Shown in pieces: positions 24,808-38,700 of a stretch of 64,000 nucleotides of DNA. This DNA is from Lingula anatina (Eukaryota; Animalia; Brachiopoda). The notes below the pieces were generated by a model that made no database searches, was not told the origin of the DNA, and saw nothing but the letters and a program-made list of their open reading frames with translations. The stretch spans positions 22,944,848-23,008,847 of the forward strand of contig CM120643.1 in the NCBI GenBank assembly GCA_051362555.1, read 5' to 3'. Position 1 is the stretch's first letter; every line of letters starts with the position of its first letter. Both the position numbers and the translations under genes were made by a program.

Positions 24808-26127
24808 TTGTTTGAATATTCTGTACAATTCAATAATTAATGATTTATCATGATCGTATACGAATATTAAATAAAATGGGCCTAACCCTGGCACAATGCC
24901 ACTTTAATGGCTTAGAAGCAGAGTTAAAAAGAGTTTCAAGAGCCTTTTTCCAGCAAACGATCTTTTCATTTTTTTTTCGCTGTTATTTTATCCGTGTTGC
25001 TTAATTCACGCTGTAAATACATATTGATATAATTCGACAAATTGGACATATCAATATATTGATTATTGGATTTACTGCTGACCTTTTCACAAATGATGTT
25101 TGACATTTGTCCCATAATGGTTTCAATAAATATTTTGTCAAATTGGCGTTTGAGCATAATGTGACTATTCCCTCTTTCGGTTCTTCCTCATTTCATCCGT
25201 CAAAGACGTGAAGCCTTAAAAATCCGAATCAGTTGTTGGACACAAAGTTTAGCAAGAGGAGTGTGTTTAAAAATGGTTGGAATAAAATTATTGATCGTTT
25301 CGGGTTTCAGTTTTTTTCTTTATTCCCCCTTTCAAAGTAAAAAAATGTACGGTTGGACCTCCGCTTACTGATATTCGATGGCTATGAAATAAACGCGTCT
25401 ATTTGTCTACTGTTTATTGCTTTGAAATTCGCAAGCGCTTAGATAGATCTTATAGACCGTTAGATCGTCCAGTTTTATTGACGGGCATTGATATTTTGTA
25501 ATATCTACCGCTTGTATACGCCATCATAATTTTCTTAATTTTTTTAAAAATCGATAACCTATGGGATACGTGTAAGATAAAGCACTATATCATCAACCAC
25601 CCAGGTAAATTTGTTAAGGTCATTTTTTGAATATTGGACCCATCCAATTTGAGAATGTGTTTTAAGACAAAGGCATATTTTTTTCTCATACATGTTTTCT
25701 TGTCCATATGGATTATAACTCTTTCTGTCCCATTTCCCAACACAAACAACAGTCCAAAATATTAGCCAGCCTGTTTCAGCCCTTCCAAAGTTTAGGTGCG
25801 GGTATTTTGAGGAGAGTGCAGAGTCATTCACACAGCCGTGAACTGTTCACGTATTGGTAATTGGAAATCATTGTCCAGTGCACGCGTACTCAACTCATGC
25901 CATCAATATTAGGTGAGTTAATACACTTGCCTGTCCCTGTAAAAGCTAACATTTCATTCAAACCTGTTAGTATTATTTTTTATGATCTTAAATGGATATA
26001 TGTGGCCACGGGCTAAAGGATTTTTATATTTCTACCGCCCAAAAAGATAGTAACCTGTTTTTGTTATAGCTATCTTTTAAAACAGGAAGGAATAAAGCCA
26101 GGGAAATTTTGAAAACTGTGCCATTTA

Positions 26128-26355
26128 AACCCACTTTACACTGGACAGCGCCCTTTCTGCGACCTTTGTGCAACCATGTTCAACTTGTTTTAATATTTAT
26201 TCATCGTAGAAAGGAGGCACAAGCATCGCTTTGGTTGCAGAATGAATGATCGACCAGTTGTCGGCACATAAATTATTTTTTTACTTGCAAACGGGGCCGT
26301 GGGGCCTACTACTGAACGCAGAAAGCTAGGACGCCTTCCAGTGTAAAGGGGGCTT
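26128..26355. mobile_element. Second copy of the same Harbinger-like MITE family
   Basis: AACCCACTTTACACTGGACAGCG ... CCAGTGTAAAGGGGGCTT ends. Shares the internal CGTAGAAAGGAGGCACAAGCATCGCTTTGG with the 22879 copy; TTA flanks. Confidence 0.75.
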
Positions 26356-26469
26356 TAGCCACCATGTGCAATTCATGAGGCGATCACGTGCTATTGTTGT
26401 TGTTTTCTTATTGCACGTACCCTCCAATAATTTTTTCCTTTTTTTTTTGCGAGATTCATGTACTGAATA

Positions 26470-26471
<2 letters not shown>

Positions 26472-26528
<57 letters not shown>
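26472..26528. repeat. (TA)n microsatellite
   Basis: Direct reading of the sequence. Confidence 0.9.
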
Positions 26529-26533
<5 letters not shown>

Positions 26534-26938
26534 CTCGAGAAACGGGACAAACTGAAATTCAGCTTTATTATATACTTCTAGATCGATCTATAACTATTTA
26601 TTTGTGTATCCGTCTCTGTCTGTCTTTCCATCCGACCGTAAGTCCGTCTGTATGTTTTTTGTATCTATTCATTATTTACTTACTACCCTATTTAATATGT
26701 TTTTTCTTCTTTTCATAAATAAAAAAGAAAAATGAATAAAACGAGGTTGACCAGCATCCTCCGATGTTTGACAAAGCAATTGCATGCTGTGTTGATCCAT
26801 ATATACAGCAAATATCTTTTCCTGGGCAAAATGATGATCTCTCTGCTCAGATCCTACCCCCAAACTACCCCCTTTACACAGACATCTTAATAGAAAAAAT
26901 ACTAACAGAGTCCAGATTTTGTTTAAAAATGACTGACG

Positions 26939-26940
<2 letters not shown>

Positions 26941-26987
<47 letters not shown>
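26941..26987. repeat. (CT)n microsatellite
   Basis: Direct reading of the sequence. Confidence 0.9.
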
Positions 26988-26990
<3 letters not shown>

Positions 26991-28468
26991 ACCCCTCCCA
27001 TATAAATAATTTATGCTTGTTAGAGGGCAAGGTGTGTTGAAAATCATTAATATTGATGCCGTGAATCAAAAATTGATTTCAATGATCATGCAGCTACGCA
27101 CTGTCATTGACATGTCGCGTGCATTGTTTTGCTGGGACATTATATCGGCAAATAAGCACAGGCATAGGCTGTGGCTCTGTTCTAATTGCCTATCACGTGC
27201 ACATCTCTCCCAGCTCTCCGGCAGATCAAACCGCTAGCCAGAGCGCCGCGCATGAATCACTTGTTACGAGGTGGTATATGTGTTGATGTCAAAACATAGA
27301 CAACTATAACTATAGCAGGTAAGTCTTTTTTCATATTTATATGGTATCTCTTTGGAAATTATAGGATGTTTTCCTGTAGAATTTTTCTTTCCTAGTTTTT
27401 CTTTTCTGTTTTTACTTAGATCATTTTGGTGAGTCACGTCCTCCTTAGTGTTTTGTGTTTTGATGGTTATAATGTTCTGTGAACATGACAGGTCCGTTAG
27501 GAGGAGAAATGTTTTTGTGATTAATACGCTCATGTTCTCATGTGTGAAATAAGTACTTACTAACTGAATTTTATTTTCTGTGACCGATGGGTAGCACTAT
27601 TCTTTTTACCGCCTTTTTAATTTATCAAAGTTATTCATGAACCTCTGTTATGAGATTTTAAAAATTAATACTAAACAGCACAGTTTCAAGCGTGCTCTGG
27701 TGTAAAATCATGTAGTATTGATACAGGAATTTGATTACTACTCAGACGCATATGTTTTAAATTTGTACTGTCACACGTATAGCACAACGATAGATAGGTT
27801 TTTTTCATGACTAATTATGCCATTTGAGAAAATAAAATCATATGTTGAAAGCGTTAAGATCCGCCAATACGTGGATACGTATTTTTCCGTGAAGGCACAA
27901 TCGTCAGTGCAATCTTCCATGGGCTTACTAGAATTTCTTTTCAATAGAGACTGAACCAAGGCCTGCATGCATTACATAAAAATGTTAGGCTTAAAAAAAG
28001 TATTTTTTTCTGAAACAAACTCTGGATTTCGCTGAAGCACTCACTGTGGGAGTGCCATGAAGCTGTTAGAGTTCAGTGAAACTATAACAATATCAGCATC
28101 TGACCATCCAAATTGATTTTTCAGAGGAATTCAACACATTCGTTATACGTATCCATTACAGGGTAGTTGGTCCTCAATAGGTTTAAGCAATACCAGATAT
28201 GCAGTGAAACATATTACATATATACATATTGGCGTTGACGACATCCCTCAATCCGCTAGGTATAAAGTAAATACAAATAGAAATGAATTAATTATTTTGC
28301 GTAATGTTTCCCCTAGCCATGTTATCCTGTTTAAGCTCCACTGTTATATAAACACTAGTCCCAGAGCTCGGTGCGAAATATAAGAGATACATTGGCGATA
28401 TGATGTCGAACTCTTTTATTTCGCTTAAAACTTCGGCGACGAGTGTTTTGTATGACATATACATCTAC

Positions 28469-30884
28469 AGGCTGGGTCACACTGCGCTTGCAACCTTTTG
28501 GCAACCTCTTTGCAACCTCAGTCGCAAGGAGGTTGCCCTAGGTTTTAAAGTGGTCGCATTAGGTTGCAAACAGGTCGCCTGCGATCGTTGACACACGAAG
28601 GCCATTTCTTTTGCACCGACAACCAGTGCGACTGATAATGAAAACGATTGGTAACTGAGAGGTTGCCGATAGGTCTCCTCTTGGTTGCCAGTAGGTCGCT
28701 GTAACCAGACTAAAACCAGTCGCATACCACCTGTAACTGCACGGTCGATTGACGGTCTTTAGTCGCTTAGTTGCAAACAGGGTACTAACCGGTTGCAAGC
28801 GGTGGGCAGCAGGTCGCAAGGAGGTTGCAGTTGAAACTTCATGGTCGATTAACGGTCTTTAGTCGCTTGGTCTCTGACAGGTTTCTTACAGCTCGCATGC
28901 ACTCGAAAACATGTCGCGAGAAGGTCGCAAGCAACCGTGATAAAATAAGCGTAGGATGGTGGCCACTAAATATATAAATATATTTTTCATTTATATCATG
29001 CCATTAAGGCTTTCTAAATACCTTGACAAAAATCGTTATTTCTCAGTTAAAACGTAGATTGTATTTGTTGTCATCCTTTTAAATTTATTTACAAGGTTTT
29101 CATAAGTATTTTTTTTTTTCAATAAAATAAATAAATGTATGAGTCCCTATCAGCCACCATACTTGACTAAAAGTGTTGTAAATAGAAGCCGCTGAGCCCG
29201 TGTCTTCAGTCCCCAGTATGTCATCCAACAGCGTGGGAAGGGTGGCCAGAATGTATTTTGAGAAAGCAAATGCCCGTGAAGAAAGTTCTTCACAAAGTTC
29301 CAACACAGACTTTGCTTCCCACGAAGAGGATCAACCGAAAGATGATGAACGCGGAGGAGACAGGGAGGCTAAATTTACTATTAAAGAGGAAGAAGAATTA
29401 GTTGATTTTTTTAAAAGGAAAACGAGTTTTTCTATAACCAACAATTGAACGACTTTAAAAACAAATCAAATAAAGTGCCAAAACAATCAATAATGATTAT
29501 CACAATGTAAACGATAAACTGTTATTTTTTTATCCATTCCTATATCATGGCTAATTTTTGACAACTATTGTTGTCAAATTCACTGGAAACATTTTTAATG
29601 ACTAAAGCAGCCGGAAATATCTTACTCTTTAATTTGCCAAGTCATAATGTGCCAAGTCACAATGGAAGAAAAATTAAGCAAATAGGCGGGCGCAGAGAAA
29701 AAAGTAAATAGCAAAGTTTGATTCATACTTTTTACAATAAATTTAATTGTCAGGCATTTTTATAACAGTAAAACAGTGTCACCAATATAAAGAAGGTCAA
29801 ATAAATACAAATTAACTTCCTCCCAGTACTTAGAATTCGTACCACAAGGACGGAAACAAATTGATGACGCGCAGGATCCTTCACTATTTAAAGATGTTGT
29901 ATTGTAAGTGTAACGCTTGGGGCTACAAAGACAAAGGGAAAACCACACAATCGGTCGCAAATCAGTTGCTAAGCAGTCGGCGACCTTTTAGCAACCGGTT
30001 GGATACCACAAATAGGCTTTTCGGTCGCCAGGAGGTTTTCGGTGCTGCACCGAAAACCGGCGCGACCGGATAGTAACCCAGCGTTCATTTGGAGACCACT
30101 TTGCGAGTTGTTGCAATTTGTCGCCCACCTTTCTGCAACCGGTGACAGTTGCAAGTCGCAAGGAGGTTTTTTGTTCAGTGTGACCGTAACTGCACAGGCC
30201 TTGCGACCTCAAAGATACCAAGTATTGAAAAAAGAAACTATGCATGCCTATTATTACATTAATAGGGCTGAAAAAACATCCAAATATGTGTTTTATTACA
30301 CCACTGGTTTGATATAAATGCCAATATATAGTACAAATATATTTCTTATTTATTATTGTAAGTTTGACAATATTGGTAGTACAGAAATCGACTGTGACGT
30401 TATAACAGAATCTCATAGCAGAATCATACTTTAATATTCAAAATATTTAATCATTTGAAGCTGCTACGGAACGGATCCAATCGTTGTATAATAATGTTTA
30501 AAATATTCCCTCTGTTGTCATCCGAGAGGGAAATTTAAGAGAAGGTAGCTATCGTCACAACTTATAAAATATATATAGTCTGTGCAACCTTGCTGCTACC
30601 AGTTGGCAAGCGATCGCTACAGTCCTGCAACCGGTTTTCAGTCTCCAAGTGGTTGCTGACAGGTTGTTTATCGCTCGCCTAACGGTGTGCGACTAGTAAC
30701 CTCTGACTTGAAGATTGTCTGTAAGAGGTTGCAGATACCATACTGTAACCTTGTTGCAACCGGTTAGCAACTGCTTGCCGATCAAAATATGCAAATTAGG
30801 TCGCAAAGTGATCGCAAGCGACCACCAGATTTTGTGGTTGCAAAGAGGTTGCCAAAAGGTTGCAAGCGCAGTGTGACCCAGCCT
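28469..30884. mobile_element. Non-autonomous PIF/Harbinger-like DNA transposon (2.4 kb)
   Basis: Perfect ~49-bp TIRs AGGCTGGGTCACACTGCGCTTGCAACCTTTTGGCAACCTCTTTGCAACC, 3-bp TSD TAC on both sides, many subterminal GGTTGC/GGTCGC motifs, and an internal MADF-like remnant. Confidence 0.87.
29200..29480 (+). pseudogene. Frameshifted remnant of a MADF/Myb-SANT-like DNA-binding protein (Harbinger ORF1-like)
   Basis: The ORF reads KFTIKEEEELVDFF, and a one-base shift continues KENEFFYNQQLNDFKNKSNK. This resembles the N-terminal helices of MADF domains. Confidence 0.55.
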
Positions 30885-31291
30885 TACCATGATTGGAGCT
30901 GACGATAATTCCGTGTATTCATGGGTATCGCGGCTCTACACGAAATACATGTAGGACAGCGCCGCCGGTTGTTTGTGCTTGAACCGTGGTTTACGTAAGA
31001 AAGAATCCATTTCTCGTTACAGATAAAACCGTAGCTGGTTGTTCTTTCTAATTTCGTGAAGTTGTATATAGATATGGGATTCGCACATTACGACGACGGG
31101 TCACTGAAGAAAAAGGCTATTATGATGATTTTTATGGATGATGCATTTTTTCTACCTCATTCGCTTATTTTCAAAATATTTAAACATTCGCTTAAGGTTC
31201 TTGTAAAGTATTCTAAAATACAATTTACAGAAAGTTTAGCCATATCTATTCTTATTTTAACATGTGGCTTTCCTTTTTGTTCATTTTCAGA

Positions 31292-34200
31292 ATGTCGTCT
31301 GCTGGCGTTGCTTTTTTTCTCGCAGCCGCAACAGCCCTTGTTTCCACAACGGACTCTGCTGTTAGTATTGCTGCAGGATTCTTCTACAGACCTAGTGGCT
31401 GCAGCGACGGGTTTATGTTACCAGAAACATACAGAACAGCAACGACTCTGGTTCGATCAAGGATCGAATGCCTGACAGTTTGTCAGAGCAGGACTGACTG
31501 CGTGTCGCTGGATGTGGAAACGTTAACGAACGGCTCCGTCGCTTGCCACATTAATGCGGAAGAAGCTGGACAATACGCATTCTACGTACAACAGAACGGG
31601 ACGCAGTTTTTGCACTATGAAAGAGTATGTCGAACTCTCTCTCTCTTTATCTCCCCCTCCTCTCTTTCACTCTTCCCGTCCCTTCTCTTTCCGTGTTATG
31701 TGAGTGGGATGATCGATTTGTCTGTCTGTCTGATTATCAGTCTTAAGCTGTATTTCAACGATTTGCACTGTTTACAATCAATTGCTCTAATCTAGTGTCA
31801 CCAAATCTAGCGTAGTTTTTTTCACATTTAACCAAACTGAATTTTCTTTAATTATTTATAAGAGGAAACCGCGCCTTGTTCAAAATACATAAAAAAATGT
31901 AAATTGGCATCAGCCTATCGAATACGTTTGATTATAGGACAAATGCTCAATTGATTGATTTATAAAAAAAAATCTTCCCATTGTTCTTCATTGTCCAGGT
32001 GTTCAGTCAATATTACAATCGATGAAGCACACGATAGTACAATTTGTTCAATAAACCAATGGACCTCGAGGTCGCCTCTGTTGTGTGGATACTCAATAAA
32101 ACAACAACCGGGCCCTTTGTCTAATATTTAATAGATGACTACTTGCAACCATACGGATATGACCAATGTGATATCTCTTTAATAGCTAGTTGGTTATCAA
32201 TGTAATGTATATGACTAGAAAGCCACTCAGACAACGCAGACCTTTGGAAAGGAAGCTCAGTTCTCATTATTATCAATTATTTTTTAATTCACTAATTGTT
32301 TAGCTTATTTCTCATTAATAATTAATTTATCAATCAGCTCATTTTTCATTATTAGTTGATTAATTGTTTAACATATTATTAACTAACAATTAATTAATCA
32401 TTATCAATATCTAGCCCATTTCTGACCTATCCTGAAAATTTCATCAAAATCCCTCCACAAATTTTGCATTATGTTGCTAACAGATAGACAGACAGACCAA
32501 GACAAAGGCTTCTTAAACTAAATCCATAGTTCTATACTACCAAACAAGATAACTTATAACCTCTTTAGACTTTACACTTTGTATTAGAAAAAAGGGGATA
32601 TAGAGAATTAAACGAACTTCAGACAAAGACATAACTTTTACAGTAAAGTTACTCAAAGTAATTGTGAATTATTTAATGTCTTCGACAATTTGATATATAA
32701 TATATACACATTATATTATCGTGAATAACATCCCATATTCCACTAGGTATACAAGTAATAAGAGTAAAGGTAAATGAATTATGTGGCGTAATGTTGCACC
32801 TAGTTATGAGATTGATATTTTATTCATTGGTTGTTATCTAATTGTAATATGATACTACATGTACATGTAGTGATAATAAGAAAACGCTTTCATTGCTTCA
32901 ATTTCAGGCCGCCAATGAAGCGGCTGCCACTGCTTGCACACAGCCAGGTAAAACTATAAGATTTTTGATTGAAAATAAAAAAGAGTTTTAGTAGGGTCGA
33001 ACGTTTGTTCAATATAATCATTCGAGTCAATGAGACCTCCCATAGCCCTTATTAGTAACTCTTAACTTGTCCTTGGTCTTATTTTGAATGGAAATCACTC
33101 GGATATCACGCTCTTAGAACGTCAATTTCAACAATAGGCTCAGCTGATTTTATTGGAGAACCCTATGTTATATTCGATTACCGTTGATTTTTTTCACCTT
33201 GAGACAAAAAATGGATCAGTCAAAATATTTACTCAGATACGATTTACGTCAAAAATGCTTCCCACTCCCAACCGAAATCGTTTTTTTTTCAATGCCAAAC
33301 ATCATTTAGAAGAATTCAGACATTACATTGATATGCCCAAGGACAACGAAAGCCAATAAGGGGGGGGGGGGGGGGGGTAATTAAAGAAGTCGGCGCACTT
33401 GATACTTGGCTTCTATTTGAAGGTCTTAACGCACCTAAGTGCCAACTTTTTCAAACTTGGTGCAGATCAGAGTTCCAAAATCCATCTTTTCTTTCCCTGA
33501 CAAATTTCATGCTTAGTGAACTACATACATATGTACGTAGAAATATTTTATAGAATAATACATGAAAATCGACCATTTTTGGTTTCACAGTGCTGTAACG
33601 TTCGATATCATTATGATTTATCACTGAGGAAATATTATCTCAACAGCATTATCAACGGTGGTGTTTTGGTATGAATTTACAATAAAGTAGTCTCCAAGTT
33701 CGATATTTAACCCAGATACCAGTTGCCATGCACTTTTTTTGCGTCCATTATATTTTGTTATAAAGTGGAGGAAAACATATCGGTATTAGATACATCTGTT
33801 GTGTGCATAGTTGTACAAGTTAATGTTTTGATTTGACCTAAAATGTCAATTTTGTAAGGGATACTTCAACAAGAGCAGAGAATTGAAATTGATTTAAATA
33901 CTGCTACATACGGGCCTGTTTCAAAATTGTGCGTGCCGAACTAATTTTTTGATACCCTTTATGGCTCTGTTTTTGTAAAGCGATTTATTCGCAATTCCCA
34001 AATTCAGTCCGTGTTTTACAAAATTCTGCTGTCTCCAAAATACTAGACTTTGGATTATGTAAAATTGACACGCTGGGACCTTGGGGACGTGCATGTGGCT
34101 ATTTTCTTAAGCTAACAAGTAATACAACATGTTGCATATCAATATCACATAAAAATATTGTGCATTGAACCAGCAATTGCAAAGAACATTTAGAGATGAC

Positions 34201-35735
34201 CATTTTTGAATAGATACCTAATTACATGTACAATAACAGGGTCTAAGTAGGACTACACATTGGGTTTCCTAAGCATGAACAAACTGTCCAAATAGACCAC
34301 ATTCTGTAATATTTTAATCTCAGTATTTAATGATTTCAGGTTTGTGTCCGCCCGGAACCTACAGCTCGGGGGCCTCCCAGTCCTGCAGCTGGTGCGTAAA
34401 CGGGGAACGTCAACTGACCTGTACTGAGTGTCCGGCAGGGTCAGCTCAGCCTACGGCCGGAATGACCGGTTGTGACCTCTGTCCTTTAAACACGTACACG
34501 GACACAACCGGCCAGACAACGTGCACGAACTGTCCATCGGGAGAGACGACTTCATCGACTGGATCCACGGAATGCGTACCTCGTGAGTACAGCACTGATT
34601 AATTAACTACTGTATGTTATAAATATAATAAAGTTGGGGAGGAGTCATGATATTAGGAAGATTAATGCTGGCCATATCTAGTTTCCTACATATGTTGGTT
34701 AAAAACGTTGACAAATGTTTCGTAACTGAATCTGGGCCATTTGTGCCTCACTATAGAAGGCTCGATCTCTCGCTCGGGCAATTAACCTACAGCATTGTCT
34801 CTTTTTAATCCAAATTTAAAAACGGCCGTCAAACACAGCCGTTCATTTATTGGGCTATATTCCGGAAATTAATTATTATTTATAACGCTTTGGACACACA
34901 ATCAAACGTGAAATGAAATTGGACTTGCTGTCTTCTTTCATGTAGGACCCTGACAGTACAAACAATCCCAGACGTGACGTAATTTAGGCTGTATTGTCGG
35001 ACAAACAGGGTCTACTTAACATTCTACCCACAATCCCATCTCAAAAAAAGCAATCTGATAGCCAATAGCTCAGGAAAAGGAAAAGCCAATTGCAAATCCC
35101 TTTCTTGTCCAACCAACATCCATTGTAAGCAAGGTGATCGGGCGCTGATAGATCTGCTCTCTTGCGTTAAAATCACATTCATACGGTCTGCTAAAGTGAT
35201 ACCTGATACATGGTAGTATGTTTGGGCGACGCAAATTTGCAGTGAATGCAGCCCATATGAGTACTGCATCGCAGATCGGGCATAAGGAAAATGAAACGTC
35301 AGATATTTGTAAATTTGCTTAATCATTCCGGTCGTTCATGTTATCACTCCAGTTGGACCGACTTCCAGTTTAAATTAAGCCTTGTCTTAACACATCTTCA
35401 CATGTGTCCTTTCAGCTCTAACGTACCAGTACCGCCTAGTAGGAGGGACGTCCACATCAGGGCGCGTCGAGGTCTATTACAGCAGCCAGTGGGGGACTGT
35501 ATGCGATGACGGCTGGACCGACACGAACGCGCAGGTGCTGTGCAGAAGCCTAGGTCTACCCCACAGCTCGGCCATACAGCACCAATCGGCGTATTTCGGG
35601 CAAGGATCTGGTCAAATATGGATGGATAACGTTGCGTGTACCGGCACTGAGACTGAAATAGGAAATTGCGGCCATAACGGATGGGGCACTCATAACTGTG
35701 GCCATGGCGAGGACGCTGGAGTGACCTGTCAGTAA
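31292..35735 (+). CDS. Secreted protein: signal peptide + PAN/apple-like domain + Ephrin_rec_like (GCC2/GCC3) Cys-rich repeats + one C-terminal group A SRCR domain; 4 coding exons, ~311 aa
   Basis: Exons 31292-31624, 32908-32947, 34340-34582, 35416-35735 (936 nt, phases 0,1,1). Motifs: [18 protein letters not shown] (signal peptide); [21 protein letters not shown]...CHI (PAN); [36 protein letters not shown]; [25 protein letters not shown]...[12 protein letters not shown]...[14 protein letters not shown] (SRCR). Confidence 0.88.
32410..32515 (-). mobile_element. Fragment of an interspersed HINE-like repeat in intron
   Basis: CCTGAAAATTTCATCAAAATCC...ATTATGTTGCTAACAGATAGACAGACAGAC, a core motif followed by a GACA microsatellite typical of this element class. 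Ends are unclear. Confidence 0.4.
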
Positions 35736-38700
35736 TCTGGAACCGTTTTCGCAAAAAGAAAAAATAAGTCTGCAATTGTTGAGCTAAGCTTAGACGGCTG
35801 AAATCGGATTGCCGACTTGGCAAAGTGGGATTTGTGAAAGAGGTTTAAGGGATTTATGAAATGATTAACCCACCATAAATGATTATTGGTTTTGATATAT
35901 TGATACCTCAACGAATTACTGTCTCCAGTCATGGGCCAAATAACCGCCCATGCTCCAGAGATAGTAAAACATTACTAAAGACAATCGCATTATGGTCAAG
36001 CAACTTCGTTAAATGACAAAAAAGTAAACTGTTTTTCGGATATTTTTAACGAGACTAATGTTTATCTTAATTATTAAGATTGACTGGCACGGATTTATTT
36101 TAAATTGAAATAGGCCGAATTTTTGTTCTTAAAGTTTAGACCAATACTGTTGTGAAACCGAAGCTGTCACAATTTAACACTGGTGATCTTTCTGTGTCCT
36201 TTGGTCGCTATAAGATATTAAATATTCAACGACATATTATAGCCATTAAATATTTAGTCGACAAGACCAATGGACATTGCACTCGATCTAAAGACTACCA
36301 TTATTCAAATATTATCAATCACGTCTGGAATGATGGAACATGTGGCAACCATAGTGTCATGTTAGTACCAAGGGGATAATAACCTTGAACTACGTGACTT
36401 GATCTACGGAGGAGGTTACTGATCATGGAACATGCACTTAGTAGACTAAAAAGTTTTAAAAGATACAATTGGATTGAGAAAAAATTTAGGAACTCAGTAA
36501 AGTATGGTCCAGTTGAATAATAATAGACCTATTAAAATACTGTCTAAAAAGATCTACATTGTGAAGTTGTCTATTTTGGCATCGAATGTGATATTATTTG
36601 GAGCCTGGTTTGAGCACCAAATAGTTGTAACAAAACTATATTTACACTGGAGAAAAAAATCAATTATTTAATAAAACACTATTTCTCCCAGGGTTAATAT
36701 TGGTCGATGGGCATTCACACAGAATTATGGCGCATTCACAACCAAAGTTGATCTGCAGACTAACAGAACAAATACGGCCGACCCACTTGATAGCTTGGCG
36801 CATAATACTCGCGGGGAATCTAGTAAGTGTCTGTAAGGGCATTATGCGGCAAGCTTTCAAGTGGGTTGGCCATATTTGATCCACGGATCTGTTAGTCCTT
36901 AAGGCCGATATAGCCACACTCTTCACTCTGTTGTGAATCGTATAAGTCAAGCGTACACTGTGGAGTTCGTGTTGATCTACTGGCCGCATGGTAGATCAGC
37001 TGAATGTTGACATTTCGCTTGGGGTTCGTTTTAGGCAGCAGCAAGTAGAATGTTCTGTAGGCCCTGTATCATTGCCATTCCATACGCTCAAAAAAGAGAA
37101 ATAAACGGTAGTTCTTCTCGTCCTTTGTAGTGTGTCCTGACAGGCTCGTGCTTTTGGGAGTAAATGAAATGCCAACTTGAAACAATTACTAAAATAAATG
37201 TTTAATATATCGATGCATTTTGTATAAACATTAGGTTGAAATATTAAACATGTATTATCAAAGTAATCAAAATAATAATTTATTCACTCTATTGTCTTCT
37301 CTACCCCTTTGTTGGAAGGAAAACATGCATGTAAAAATGATTCTCGACAGAGATGGATCAGGGATGCAGGACGTTTAATAAATGATAAATACCTGGTGTT
37401 TTATCTTCACCGCGGAAAATAAAACTGGTTTAACACAAATATTTTGACGAGTGAATAAAATATTTACGCGACCTTTAATGTTGTACAGCCATTTACAGTG
37501 GCATCCATCTTCCGTTACAGAGTAGACACTTCAAGGTCATTACATGTGCTGACTGTTGTCATCAGATATATTTCCCCGTCTTTTTTCCATAAACATATAT
37601 GCATCGTTTATTATATTTTTGCTATAGATATAACAATCAACTTCAACACATTCAAATAAATGAAGTTACTTCACCGGAATTTAATCATTTTTCGGACAAA
37701 TAAACATAAATAAAGAGAAGTTCATATCTTAAGGTCTCTGTTAGTTACCAAAGATGATATCAATACCATTTAGATCTTATTTCATATCTAGTTCTTTTTT
37801 TTTCAATCGCCCCATTACACATACCAAATAACAGAAACTTTCACTGGACAGTTTCATTATCTCCTTCATTTTCCTTACGAACTAGAGGGACGGAGTGGGT
37901 CAAGATTACGACCAGAAGAAGAAGGTGCAGATTTAAAGTCTTTTTTTTTTTGCAAAGTGGATTTCATTTGGGTTGTGTAAAAATTGTTGTAGCACTCTTA
38001 CAGGGCATGGACACAGATGTAATCTTGCTTTCCATGCTTCTTTAATATATACAAAAATATTCAGAAACAATCAAAATGCACATACAATGTATACAGTTAG
38101 GATTATTTCAGAATATATGTAATCTATTTGAATTCAACGTATATTTTGGCAACTTTTGTATGACATTTCAATATTACTTGAACGAATAAAACGCTTTATT
38201 CGTCAAAGAATAGAAGTTTGGTCATACATGTAATTCAAACGTACTCTTTCTTGTGACAATGTGTCTGAAGTACATGTACAGACGACTTAAAGGAGCGGTG
38301 TTAATACACAGCCAGACAGCGCTTCCTCGCTGTCCTTTACTGGATATTGTACTTTCCACAGGTGGTTGTTGAAAATAATCAATATTAGTCAATACCCCAT
38401 AGCGACGTGGGTTCCTAAACAAATGACATGTATCTAAATTACATCCCATGGCGAAAAACAAACGGAAAGCATAACCACACCAATGGAGGGCCCAGAACTT
38501 TGATTAGTTGTGTGTGCGAGCGTGTGTGTGTGTGGAGAGGGGGGGGGAGGGGAAAAATAATGAAAAATGCCTCCCTTCCCTAGGAAATTATAAAACACTG
38601 GACGAGGACAACTGGGATGAAAAATTGCTTGGCTTTGGATTATTTTGCTCATGAAACCCTTTTTTGTTTGTGTGAGAAGGGGGTACCTCCTAGTAGATGA

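Noticed and set aside
25559-25831. 90-aa minus-strand ORF
   Set aside because: No family similarity recognised and no flanking exons.
28250-28330. Short similarity to 32737-32810 (CTAGGTATA...AAATGAATTA...GCGTAATGTT.C.CCTAG)
   Set aside because: Too short and diverged to define. Probably an old dispersed repeat.
36660-36989. 109-aa minus-strand ORF in a GC-richer patch
   Set aside because: No recognisable motif or convincing splice context. Could be a TE remnant, but this is unsupported.
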